Assembly (NCBI GenBank): GCA_965219085.1
Contig: OZ244720.1
Coordinates: 2,720,001 to 2,784,000 of the forward strand
From: Dehalococcoidia bacterium
Lineage (GTDB): Bacteria; Chloroflexota; Dehalococcoidia; UBA2979
Reading direction: 5' to 3'
DNA: 64,000 bases
Shown: positions 28,924 through 38,003 of the stretch, one piece after another
Layout of the letters: each line of letters begins with the position of its first letter
Position numbering within the stretch: the first letter of the stretch is position 1
Made by a program: the position numbers and the translations under genes
The notes under the pieces: model-generated
Databases searched by the model: none
What the model saw: the letters and a program-made list of their open reading frames with translations, nothing else
Told to the model about the DNA's origin: nothing

Positions 28924-30378
28924 GTGGGCTACGATGCCACATCGCCCGAGTTCGACCGAACGCGAGCAACCCTCGCGGGGGTTCCACCGAACGCGAGCAA
29001 TCTCGCAGGGTCTGACCGAACGCGAGGAAACCTCGCAGGGTCTGACCGAACGCGAGGAAACCTCGCAGGGCTCGCCGAGGAGGCGCGTATCGCCGGCTGG
29101 CTGCTCCGTCCGGGCGCCGGCGGGCCGTTCTACGGCTGGGTGATCGTCGCCGTCGCGTCCCTGATCGCCTTCAGCTCCGGTCCCGGCCAGTCCTACGTCT
29201 TCTCCGTCTTCCTCGACTCCATCATCGAGGACACCGGGCTGTCGCGGACGACGATCTCGGCGCTCTACGCCGTCGGCACCGGCCTGAGCGCGTTGATGGT
29301 CGCGTACGTCAGCCGGATGGCGGACCGCTTCGGGCCCAGGCTCGTCGTGATCTTCGTCGCGGGGGCGCTCGGTGTCGCCTGCTTCGGGATGGCGTTCGCG
29401 CAGGGTTTCATCGCGTTCTTCATTGCCTTCGCCGCGCTGCGCGCGCTCGGGCAAGGCTCGACGCCCATCAACGCCACGCTCATGACTGCGCAGTGGTTCG
29501 TCGTGCATCGCGGCCGGGCGATGGCGGTCATGGGCTTCGGTTTCGCTGCCTCGCTCGCCTTCATGCCGCCCTTCGCCCGCGCGCTCATCGACACGCTCGG
29601 GTGGCGCGAGGCGTACATCGCGCTCGGCGTGCTGGTGTGGTTGCTCGTGATCCCCGCCACGGCGCTGTTCGCGCGCAACACGCCCGAGGAGGTGGGGCTC
29701 CACCCCGACGGCGCCGACCACCCGCCACTCGAGGCGGTCACGGTTGCCGAGGGCGAGCGCGACGACCGCCGCGTGCTGACCTCGCTGAGCTTCTGGCTGC
29801 TGGCGATGCCGCTGACGACCTCGCCGTTCGTGGTCACGGCGCTGGTGTTTCACCAGACCGGCATCTTCGAGGCGAACGGGCTCAGCGCGACGGTCGCTGC
29901 GGGCGTGTTTGTGCCGTTCGCCGTCACCACCGCCATCACGTCGGCGCTGGCGGGGCTCGCGATCGACCGCGTGGGGCCGCGGCCGCTGTTCGTGCTGGCG
30001 ATGCTGCTCCTGCTTGTGGGCCTCGGCGTATCGAGGCTCATCGACGGCGTCCTGATGGCGACGGTCTATGCGTGCGTGCTCGGTGCGGGCAGCGGCGTGC
30101 AGCAGATCGTGCAGACCACGATCTGGGCGCACTACTATGGCCGGCGCGGCCTCGGGCGCGTGCAGGGCTCGGCGACCTCGATCATGATCATGATGTCGGC
30201 GATCGGCCCGCTGCCCCTCGCCGCGATCGAGGGCGTCACCGGCTCCTACACCATGGGCATTCTGCTCATGGCGGCGATGCCCGTGCTCTCCATCATCGGC
30301 GTCTCGCTCGCGCGGGCGACACCACCAACTGTTCAGGTGCGCGAGGAGCCGGCCGAGGCCGCGGCGCGCGGCGGCTGA
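28924..30378 (+). CDS. MFS transporter (start uncertain)
   Basis: FYGWVIV, MADRFGPR, QWF..HRGRA, IDRVGPR; about 12 TM; 5' part runs through a tandem repeat. Confidence 0.85.
   Translation: MGYDATSPEFDRTRATLAGVPPNASNLAGSDRTRGNLAGSDRTRGNLAGLAEEARIAGWLLRPGAGGPFYGWVIVAVASLIAFSSGPGQSYVFSVFLDSIIEDTGLSRTTISALYAVGTGLSALMVAYVSRMADRFGPRLVVIFVAGALGVACFGMAFAQGFIAFFIAFAALRALGQGSTPINATLMTAQWFVVHRGRAMAVMGFGFAASLAFMPPFARALIDTLGWREAYIALGVLVWLLVIPATALFARNTPEEVGLHPDGADHPPLEAVTVAEGERDDRRVLTSLSFWLLAMPLTTSPFVVTALVFHQTGIFEANGLSATVAAGVFVPFAVTTAITSALAGLAIDRVGPRPLFVLAMLLLLVGLGVSRLIDGVLMATVYACVLGAGSGVQQIVQTTIWAHYYGRRGLGRVQGSATSIMIMMSAIGPLPLAAIEGVTGSYTMGILLMAAMPVLSIIGVSLARATPPTVQVREEPAEAAARGG
28951..29070 (+). repeat. 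tandem array of four 30-nt hairpin-containing units
   Basis: tctgaccgaacGCGAGGaaaCCTCGCaggg x2 perfect plus two degenerate units upstream. Confidence 0.9.
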
Positions 30379-30465
30379 GCGTCCGCCGGGGGCGGCCCCG
30401 TGCTCTAGCATGCGTGGCGATGCCCCGGGGCTTCGGAGCACACTCGGGGCGGGGGGAGCGTCACG

Positions 30466-31044
30466 ATGGCGGGCCTGCGGCAATCGATCGAGTCGACGCT
30501 GGAGGATCGCGACAAGACCATCGGGATCGCGTTCCTCATCCTCTTCGTCGTCTCGATCGTCGGGGCGAACTGGGCGCTGCTCACGTTTGGGATCAAGCCC
30601 GTCGGGTTCGGGCTCGACGCGCCGGCGAGCGTCTACTTCGTCGGGCTGACGTTCACGTTCCGCGACGGGATGCGGGAGCGCCTGGGCTTCAACAGCACGC
30701 TGATCGCGATCGCGATCGGCGGCATCCTCAGCTACGCCCTCGAGGTGCGGGTCGGCGGCGACTGGTTCGCGCGGATCGCACTCGCGTCGGCGACGGCGTT
30801 CGTCGTCTCCGAGTTCGCCGACGCCGTGGTCTACGAGCGCATCCGGCAGTACTCGCGAGTGCTCGGCATGGCCGCCAGCAACACCGTCGGGCTGGTGGTG
30901 GACTCGGCGTTCTTCCTCACGCTCGCGTTCGGGTCGCTGGAGTTCCTCACCGGCCAGGTGGTCGGCAAGTTCTACATGACGGCGCTCGCGCTGGTGCTCA
31001 TCGTGGCGTGGGAGCGTGGGCAGCGGATGCAGCAGCCCGCGTAG
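30466..31044 (+). CDS. VUT/QPTR family (queuosine precursor-type) transporter
   Basis: GANW, GLTFTFRD, RIALASATAFVVSEFAD, SNTVGLVVDSAFF, GQVVGK. Confidence 0.85.
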   Translation: MAGLRQSIESTLEDRDKTIGIAFLILFVVSIVGANWALLTFGIKPVGFGLDAPASVYFVGLTFTFRDGMRERLGFNSTLIAIAIGGILSYALEVRVGGDWFARIALASATAFVVSEFADAVVYERIRQYSRVLGMAASNTVGLVVDSAFFLTLAFGSLEFLTGQVVGKFYMTALALVLIVAWERGQRMQQPA

Positions 31045-31128
31045 ACGAGCTGCGTCCGCTCACCGGCAGGCCGCGGACGAAGCCGCCCGCGGCCTGCTCG
31101 ATACGGTTCGACGCTCGATGCGGTCCAG

Positions 31129-32022
31129 CTACGGCGCGGCCATCTCGAGCAGCTTGGGCGGTGGCGCCTGCGTCCAGTGCGGGATGCCGTGCTCGGGCTT
31201 CGCGATGGCCATGTTGTCGTCGTTGACCTCGGCCCAGTGCGAGTGGTTCGCCTGGTGGAGCGTGAAGCACGCCTGCAGCGCGTTGTAGAAGCCCTGCATG
31301 TCCTGCGTCTGGTTCACCGACTCCTTGACGAGCATCGAGGTCACCGTCGGCAGCGAGGCGATGCGGCGCGCGTACTCGAGTGTCTGGTCGGCGAGGTCGT
31401 CGCGGGAGAAGACCTTCGCGACCATGCCGAGCTGGTGGGCGTCCTGCGCGGTCAGCGAGTCGCCGGTGAGGAGCAACTCCTTGGTCTTGCGCGCGCCGAA
31501 CTCCCACGGGTGTGCGAAGTACTCGAGGCCGCACATGCCGAGCCTCGTCCCGACCACGTCGGCGAACTCGGCGTCGTCGGAGGCGACGATGAGGTCGCAG
31601 GCCCAGGCGAGCATGAGCGCGGCGGCGTAACACTTGCCCTGCACCTGCGCGACCGTGATCTTGCGCAGGTTCCGCCAGCGCAGCGTGTTCTGCAGGAAGA
31701 AGTGCCACTCCTGGCGGTAGCGGTTCTCGAGGGCGAGCGCCGTGCCGCCGTAGCCCTGCACCGTCTCGTGCTGGTCGGGGCCGGGCATGCGCTCGGTGAC
31801 CGCCTCGGGTGTGCCGAGGTCGTGCCCGGCGGAGAAGTGGGGTCCCTCGCCGCCGAGGATGACGACGCGGACGTTGTCGTCGGCTTCCGCAGCGAGCATC
31901 GCGTGGTCGAGCTCCACGAGCAGGCCGCGGTTCTGCGCGTTCCGCTCGTTCGGGCGGTTGAGCATGATCCGCACGATCGATCCGTCGTCGAGCGGCTCGG
32001 TGGTGATGTAGCGGTAGTCCAT
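31129..32022 (-). CDS. enoyl-CoA hydratase/isomerase
   Basis: LNRP..RNAQ, FSAGHDL, AQVQG, ACDLIVAS. Confidence 0.92.
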   Translation of the reverse strand: MDYRYITTEPLDDGSIVRIMLNRPNERNAQNRGLLVELDHAMLAAEADDNVRVVILGGEGPHFSAGHDLGTPEAVTERMPGPDQHETVQGYGGTALALENRYRQEWHFFLQNTLRWRNLRKITVAQVQGKCYAAALMLAWACDLIVASDDAEFADVVGTRLGMCGLEYFAHPWEFGARKTKELLLTGDSLTAQDAHQLGMVAKVFSRDDLADQTLEYARRIASLPTVTSMLVKESVNQTQDMQGFYNALQACFTLHQANHSHWAEVNDDNMAIAKPEHGIPHWTQAPPPKLLEMAAP

Positions 32023-32119
32023 GGGTCTCCTTTGCTGGCTGTATCCCGGTCAGAGGTTCGTAGCAGACTCACGCCCGCGCGGCACTCGACGCACCACGGG
32101 AGCGCAAGGACCAGAACGG

Positions 32120-32149
32120 CCAAGGGCCCCTCGTGAGAGGGGCCCTTGG
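32120..32149 (-). terminator. hairpin, probable terminator
   Basis: ccaagggcccctc-gtga-gaggggcccttgg 13-bp stem downstream of thiolase-like gene. Confidence 0.7.
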
Positions 32150-32171
32150 GTAGTGAGCGCTGTGCCGTCGG

Positions 32172-33497
32172 CTAGTCGGCGCTGGACGCCCAGATCATGA
32201 AGTCGCCCATCTGCGGCATCGGGCCGCCGGAGACGCCGACCTCGGGCTGTCCGCCCTTGAGGTGCACCTGGCGGTCACCGGCGCGGCCCTGGATCTGCAG
32301 GATGCTGTCGGTGTGCATCCAGAAGCGCGTGCGCCCGGCGCCCACGTTGCCACCGCTGGGCGAGATCGGGGTCGGGCCCTCGATGCTGATGTCGCCCTGG
32401 TAGAAGTCGAGCGCCTCGCCGCGCTTGATGCCGGCGAAGCCCAGGCCCTCCAGGTGGTAGTTGTGGAACGTCGCGAAGCCGTCGTACATGTTCTCGAAGT
32501 CGAGGTCGGCGGCGTTCACTCCGGAGCCCGCGTACAGCTTGCGGGCGGTGGAGTCGGTCGCCTGCTCCGCGATGTCCAGCGTCGGGCGCGTGCCGAACCG
32601 CGGCCGCGTCGTCGCGTGGTTCAGGATGTAGGCCGGCTTCTGCGCCATGTCCGCGGCCTTCTCGGCCGACGCGAACACGTACGCGACCGCGACGTGGATC
32701 GGCATGTCGTGGTCGAACAGGTTCAGCGGCTCGACGATCCAGCGGGCGTTCAGGTAGTCCTCGACCGTCACCTCATCGGGGCGGTGCTGAGCGAAGAAGC
32801 CCTCCGGGAACAAGAGCCCGTTGCGCTTCGAGTTCACGATGAACTGGGCCATCTTGTCGTGGCTCTGGTTGTACTTATGCATGTACTCGGTGAACTGGAA
32901 GCCGTCGTTCGTGCCGGCGCTGGTGCCCCACGGGTTCGTCCACACGCCGGGGCCCTCGACGGTGTTCTGCGCGTTGCGCCCGCCCTGGTAGTAGCGGCCG
33001 GGGAAGTTGTGCCATGCCTTCACGACGAGGCATACGGAGGTCAGTCCGCGACCCACCGCTTCAGCGGCGACGCAGATCGAGTTCGACATGCACACGGGGC
33101 CGTTCATCTTGAACGTGAGGTTCGTCAGCTCCGGCATGTTGTTGACGATCCAGTCCCCGCTCAGCGAGGCGACCCCGTCCATGGGGTTCTCGCCGGGCTC
33201 GAACTGCGAGAGCACGTCCTCGGGCAGCGGGTCGCCCTCGGGCCACCACGCGCCGGTCGTCGTCGAGGGGTCGAGGACGAGGCCGTCGACCTGGTCCGGC
33301 GTGATGCCGGCGTCCTCGATGGCGTTGCGGATCGCGAGGAGCATCCACGCGCCGATGCTGGTCTCGGCCTGGCCGTCCCAGCGGCGTGCGGTGGGGGAGT
33401 GGCCGATGCCGACCGCGGCGACCTTGCCGCGGTGCTCCCAGAGGCCGCCCCCTTCCTGCGTGCGGTAGAAATCAGCAGGTGCGTTTTCGGTTGGCAT
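32172..33497 (-). CDS. thiolase-superfamily (SCP2/lipid-transfer-type) protein
   Basis: VAAVGIG, TVEDYLNARWIVEPL.LFD, MYDGF, PISPSGG, QIQGRAGDRQV. Confidence 0.8.
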   Translation of the reverse strand: MPTENAPADFYRTQEGGGLWEHRGKVAAVGIGHSPTARRWDGQAETSIGAWMLLAIRNAIEDAGITPDQVDGLVLDPSTTTGAWWPEGDPLPEDVLSQFEPGENPMDGVASLSGDWIVNNMPELTNLTFKMNGPVCMSNSICVAAEAVGRGLTSVCLVVKAWHNFPGRYYQGGRNAQNTVEGPGVWTNPWGTSAGTNDGFQFTEYMHKYNQSHDKMAQFIVNSKRNGLLFPEGFFAQHRPDEVTVEDYLNARWIVEPLNLFDHDMPIHVAVAYVFASAEKAADMAQKPAYILNHATTRPRFGTRPTLDIAEQATDSTARKLYAGSGVNAADLDFENMYDGFATFHNYHLEGLGFAGIKRGEALDFYQGDISIEGPTPISPSGGNVGAGRTRFWMHTDSILQIQGRAGDRQVHLKGGQPEVGVSGGPMPQMGDFMIWASSAD

Positions 33498-33654
33498 GCG
33501 TTTCCCTTTCCCGGTGCGCGGTCTCCGGATGATCTTATCTGCCTGCGCCGGACGGGTCACGCCGCCGGCTGCGCTCCGATTCTAGCGCGTACATCGAGCG
33601 TTGTGGCGCATCGGCGCCCCGAGGGGGCTGCCGATGCGCCATAACGCAGTGGCT

Positions 33655-34767
33655 CTACACGACGACCGGCGAGCCGGCCATGCGCTCCATGGTGTCCTGG
33701 GCTTCCTCCATGAGGTCGAAGATGACCTGCCGGGCGGGCTTGATGCCCTTGATGTGACCAACACCCTGGCCGGCCGCGGGCCCGCTCCAGTCCTCGAGGT
33801 GGGCCTCGTCGATGGACTGCTTGATCTTCGCCACCAGCATCGGCTGGAGCGGCATCGGCAGCGGGTCCGGCGCCTCGGGCGAGTCCCACGCCTCGGTCCA
33901 CTTGGACCGCACCTGCCGCACCGGCTTGCCCGAGGTCGCGCGCGACTGCACGGCGTCCTCGATCACGGCGTCGACGAGCTTCTGCTTGGCGTACATCTCG
34001 GTCTCGGACTCGTTGGTCGCCTGCCAGATGGTGCCGCACCAGATGCCGTCGGCGCCGAGGGCGATCGCGGCCGCGATGTGGCGGCCGGTGGTCACGCCGC
34101 CGGCGGCGAGCACGATGCTCTCCGGGCGGATCTCGTCGCGCGCCTTCGTCACCTCGGGCACGAGCGAGAAGGTGCCGATGCGGCCACTGTGGCCGCCGGA
34201 GTCGCCGCCCTGGGCGATGATCGTGTCAACGCCGGCCTCGAGCTCACGCACGGCCTGGCGGCGCAAGCCGATCAGGCCCCACGCCTGCGTCCCGGCGTCG
34301 TGCAGCCGGTCCATGATGAACGCCGGGCTGCCGAGCCCGGAGGCGAAGATCGGGACCTTGTGCTCGAGGATGACCTCGAGCTGCTTCTGGGCGCGATCGA
34401 AGAGACCGGGGTCGATGGTTCCGGTCGGCTCGTTCTTGGGCTCGGGCATCTCGTTGTCGCGCATCAGCCCGTCGACGAAGTCGCGGTGCTCCTGCGGGAT
34501 CATGGCCTCGAGGTCCTCGAGGTTGCCCTGCACGAACGAGGCCGGGATGATCAGGTCGATGCCGAACGGCTTGTCGCCGACGCGCTCCTTGATCCAGCGG
34601 ATGTCGCTGTCGAGCTCATCGGGTGTGGAACTGGTGGCGCCGAGCACCCCGATGGCGCCGGCGTTACTGGCGGCGGCGATCACGTCTTTCGTGTGTGCGA
34701 AAGCGACAATCGGGAACTCGGCCCCGTACTCCTCGCACAGTCGCGTGCGCAGCGGATCTCCGGCCAT
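33655..34767 (-). CDS. nitronate monooxygenase family flavoprotein
   Basis: AAASNAGAIGVLG, IIAQGGDSGGH, LAAGGV, GADGIWCGT, AGQGVG. Confidence 0.9.
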   Translation of the reverse strand: MAGDPLRTRLCEEYGAEFPIVAFAHTKDVIAAASNAGAIGVLGATSSTPDELDSDIRWIKERVGDKPFGIDLIIPASFVQGNLEDLEAMIPQEHRDFVDGLMRDNEMPEPKNEPTGTIDPGLFDRAQKQLEVILEHKVPIFASGLGSPAFIMDRLHDAGTQAWGLIGLRRQAVRELEAGVDTIIAQGGDSGGHSGRIGTFSLVPEVTKARDEIRPESIVLAAGGVTTGRHIAAAIALGADGIWCGTIWQATNESETEMYAKQKLVDAVIEDAVQSRATSGKPVRQVRSKWTEAWDSPEAPDPLPMPLQPMLVAKIKQSIDEAHLEDWSGPAAGQGVGHIKGIKPARQVIFDLMEEAQDTMERMAGSPVVV

Positions 34768-34960
34768 GGTTCACCTCCCGTGGTGGTACCGGGACGGCGA
34801 GCCCTCCGGCGCGCCGCGCACCGGGCATTGCGCGCCCTCGTCCGGTTGACCGGGCGCGCTCTATCACAACGCAATATACACGCGGTGGGGAGAGATGCGG
34901 AGAATCCTGTTCGCGAACCGCGGCTCCGGGCTCGGCTCGTTGCGTGCCGGGGCACCAACG

Positions 34961-35292
34961 CTAGCAGGGTGCTGAAAAAGGCGCGGCCATCTGGCAGGAT
35001 AGCGAAGGCGGCGGGGGCGTAGCCTGGGAGGCAGCCCCGTGCGAGGCGACGCTGAGCGTCAGACCAACATGTTGCTGGCGGTGACGCCGGACTCCTTCAT
35101 CCCGGACGACCACCCGATCCGCCGCATCAAGCCGATCGTCGATGCAGCGCTACAGCGGCTCTCGCCGCTCTTCGGCACGATGTACGCAACGAGCGGGCGG
35201 CCCTCGATCCCGCCCGAGCACCTGCTCAAGGCGAGCCTGCTGATCGCGCTCTACTCGATCCGCAGCGAGCGCCAGTTCTGCGAGCGGCTGCG
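34961..35292 (+). mobile_element. truncated IS5/IS1182-like element: left end plus transposase N-terminus (35039 to about 35292)
   Basis: CTAG-CAGGGTGCTGAAAAAG terminus; IPDDHPIRRIK...GRPSIPPEHLLKA.LL..LYSIRSERQFCE (DUF772-type); no DDE part or right end. Confidence 0.85.
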
Positions 35293-35387
35293 CTCTTCGC
35301 AGCGGAGTGTAACGCGCCGCAGGGCCAAGGCGCGTTCAATCGATGCGCTACCATCCCCCCGTCCCGACCTCGAGGGAGGAGCAGCGC

Positions 35388-36209
35388 GTGGCGAGCATTG
35401 GCAGGCGGGTCCTGGGCAGTACCGGCATCGAGGTGGCCGAGCTGGGGCTCGGGGCCATGGACACGCCCACCTCGCAGGAAGGCCCCGCCACCTTCAAGGC
35501 CGCCCTCGACCTCGGCATCGACTTCGTCGACACCGCGCGCGAGTACTCGGGCAGTGAGTTCCTCATCGGCGAGGAGGTCCGCGCGCGCGGCAGCAAGGAC
35601 TTCGTCGTCGCTTCCAAGACCTTCAGCCACAACATCAACGGCAGTCAGCGCGACGTCGACCGCTCGATGGCGATGCTCGGCGTCGACCGCATCGACGTGT
35701 ACCAGCTCCACGACATCTCGACGCAGGCGGCGTGGGACGAGGTGATGGGCGAGGACGGCGCGCTCGAGGGGCTCCAGATCGCTCAGTACCGCGAGCTCAT
35801 CGGCCACATCGGCATCTCGACGCACAGCCTCGACGTGGCCCGGCTCGCCATCGAGAGCGGGGCGTTCGAGACGATCATGCTCGAGTACTCGGCGTTCTAC
35901 ACCGAGACCGCGCCGCTCATCGACCTCGCCGCCGAGCGCAACGTCGCGGTGATCGTGATGCGGCCGCTCGGCGGATCGGGGCGCACGAGCGCGATGCGCA
36001 CGCGCATCGGCGACGGCTACGACGGGCCGCTGACGGCGCCGAACCTGCTCCGCTACGTGCTCTCGAATCCCGCCGTCTCGGTCGCCATCCCCGGCGCGCG
36101 CTTCCCCTCGCGCATCGAGGAAAACGTAGCGGCCGCGCGCGCCTTCGAGCCGATGGATGCAGCCGAGAGGCGAGAACTCGAGGAGGAGGCGGCGCGCTAC
36201 TACTACTAG
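35388..36209 (+). CDS. aldo/keto reductase
   Basis: LGSTG.EV.ELGLG, FVDTAREY, ASK, IDVYQLH, HIGISTH; GGAGGAG RBS. Confidence 0.92.
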   Translation: MASIGRRVLGSTGIEVAELGLGAMDTPTSQEGPATFKAALDLGIDFVDTAREYSGSEFLIGEEVRARGSKDFVVASKTFSHNINGSQRDVDRSMAMLGVDRIDVYQLHDISTQAAWDEVMGEDGALEGLQIAQYRELIGHIGISTHSLDVARLAIESGAFETIMLEYSAFYTETAPLIDLAAERNVAVIVMRPLGGSGRTSAMRTRIGDGYDGPLTAPNLLRYVLSNPAVSVAIPGARFPSRIEENVAAARAFEPMDAAERRELEEEAARYYY

Positions 36210-36271
36210 CGCGTCCACATTCGTCTGCCCTTAGTTGAGGTGTATCATCCAAGACCCGGGGGGTGTTGTGG

Positions 36272-36739
36272 ATGGCCGACTCAACCCTTGACCTAGCCTA
36301 TGAAGCCGTTATGGCGTCCTACGACCATGTCATGGATAGGTTGAATGCGCTGAATGCACAGATGGACCAGTGGGTCTTCATCTCCCTGTCCATCGTGCCT
36401 CTCGTCCCCTTAACCATCATGGCCTCGGATCGCCCGGCGAGTTTGGGATGTCCTCTCGTCATAGCTGGGATTGGCTTGGTGCTTTCCAGCAGCGCGTACT
36501 GTTCTGCGCGCCTCCGAGGACGGGCCATCCCCATCTCGCCCACTAGTCTAACGAATGAGTGGCTCCAGATGGATCCCGATGACTTCCAGCGGGAGATGAT
36601 CCATTGGAGAGCTAACCACTTCGAGCGCTTGATGACAGCTGTCGACTGGAAGCGGAATACGACCTACGTCATGTTCGGAGGACTAGCGATCGAGATCCTT
36701 GGACTCTCGGTCTGGGCGTTCCAGCAGGTCGGCGGTTAG
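36272..36739 (+). CDS. hypothetical 3-TM membrane protein (foreign islet)
   Basis: Hydrophobic segments; A/T-richer codons than neighbours. Confidence 0.6.
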   Translation: MADSTLDLAYEAVMASYDHVMDRLNALNAQMDQWVFISLSIVPLVPLTIMASDRPASLGCPLVIAGIGLVLSSSAYCSARLRGRAIPISPTSLTNEWLQMDPDDFQREMIHWRANHFERLMTAVDWKRNTTYVMFGGLAIEILGLSVWAFQQVGG

Positions 36740-36900
36740 CCTCTCTCTGGCTCACGGGGCGGGGGACGTTGGGGCTCAGGAGCTTCTCGAACTGGCTCAT
36801 CACCAAACTCACGGCGGCCCGGATCTGGGTCTGATTTCGTCCAAGGCTCACCGCCTCCAGGACGTCCGGGGTCACTCGTCGTGGGTCTGGGGTTCGTCAT
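36736..36900 (-). CDS. 54-aa Pro-rich peptide (absent from ORF track)
   Basis: GAGGAAGGG RBS, then MTNPRPTTSDPGRPGGGEPWTKSDPDPGRREFGDEPVREAPEPQRPPPREPERG*; stop overlaps the convergent gene's stop. Confidence 0.45.
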   Translation of the reverse strand: MTNPRPTTSDPGRPGGGEPWTKSDPDPGRREFGDEPVREAPEPQRPPPREPERG

Positions 36901-36954
36901 TCGTCCCTTCCTCGTTGGGAGCAGGTTTCAGCGTAACATGACCTTCTTACTGAC

Positions 36955-37185
36955 GTGACCCTATATCGCCGCGAGCACGATGAGAGTGAGCGCAAGACCG
37001 TGCCAGTGCTCCTAGAGCTTCCATCACCGACGCCGACCTTCGATGGCAGCGGCAGCATCGACCACATCGCCCTGAGTGACGATCTGGCGTCCGAGTCCAT
37101 GGAGGCGATCAGCAACGTCCACGAAGGACATCGACTGTCCGATCACTTCGGAGTTGCTGCCAGCCTGTCTGCCACATCGGCATGA
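36955..37185 (+). pseudogene. 3' remnant of an endonuclease/exonuclease/phosphatase (EEP) gene
   Basis: SIDHIALS...LSDHFGV terminal EEP motifs without the N-terminal part. Confidence 0.6.
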
Positions 37186-37195
37186 ATCGAGCGCG

Positions 37196-37846
37196 ATGAC
37201 CAACTCGCACGGCCCGTTCCCGGCCCACTTCTTCCGCCGCGCCGACGAGTCCGACGACGCGGTCTTCTACCAGCCGCCGCGCTTCGTCAACCACATCGAC
37301 CGCGCCACCATCAACGCCCTCACCGATTTCTACCGCGAGGCGATCCCGGCCGGCGCGCGCGTGCTCGACCTGATGTCGTCGTGGGTTTCGCACCTCCCGG
37401 GCGACGTCGAGTACGCGCGCGTGGCGGGGCTCGGCATGAACGAGGCGGAGTTGGCCGACAATCCGCGACTCGACGACCACGCGGTGCACAACCTCAACCG
37501 CACGCCCGAGCTGCCGTACGGCGACGGGGAATTCGACGCGGTCCTGAACGCGGTGTCGATCCAGTACCTCACGCGGCCGCTCGACGTGTTCGCGTCGGTG
37601 CGGCGGGTACTGCGGCCGGGCGGCCTCCACGCCATCGCGATCTCGCACCGCATGTTCCCACAGAAGGCGGTCGCGGTCTGGCAGGCGCTGACCCCGGCCG
37701 ACCGCGTGACCCTCGTCGGCTCGTACTTCGCGCTGACGCCGGGGTGGGGCGAGCCGATCGTGGTCGACCGCTCACCGCCGGACGCCGACCCGCTGTGGAT
37801 CGTCGTCGCGCGGACGGTCGAGATCAGCGACGAGGCGGGCGAGTAG
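37196..37846 (+). CDS. class I SAM-dependent methyltransferase
   Basis: DESDD..FY..PRFV.HID, VLDLMSSWVSHLP, GLGMN..EL..N. Confidence 0.9.
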   Translation: MTNSHGPFPAHFFRRADESDDAVFYQPPRFVNHIDRATINALTDFYREAIPAGARVLDLMSSWVSHLPGDVEYARVAGLGMNEAELADNPRLDDHAVHNLNRTPELPYGDGEFDAVLNAVSIQYLTRPLDVFASVRRVLRPGGLHAIAISHRMFPQKAVAVWQALTPADRVTLVGSYFALTPGWGEPIVVDRSPPDADPLWIVVARTVEISDEAGE

Positions 37847-37912
37847 CGCGCACGTTGCCGCGTCGGGCGAGCCGGTGCACGATCCCCGCGGCACGCACGG
37901 CGCTTGAGAGGG

Positions 37913-37996
37913 CTGCGGGGTATCCCCGCGTACGAAGATACTGCGGGGTATCCCCGCGTACGAAGATACTGCGGGGTATCCCCGCGTACGGAGACG
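37913..37996 (+). repeat. tandem array of three 28-nt hairpin-containing units
   Basis: ctGCGGGGtatCCCCGCgtacgaagata x2 perfect, third diverging at its 3' end; ends 7 nt before ATG 38004. Confidence 0.92.
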
Positions 37997-38003
37997 CATA
38001 GGC

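Noticed and set aside
30380-30465. preQ1 riboswitch upstream of the VUT transporter
   Set aside because: Only a GC-rich hairpin is visible; no preQ1-I loop consensus or A-rich tail. Other classes cannot be excluded without a CM search.
37913-37996. CRISPR array (CCCCGCG/GCGGGG resembles type I-E repeats)
   Set aside because: Units are head-to-tail with no unique spacers, and no cas genes are in the window; the same applies to the arrays at 28951 and 47402.
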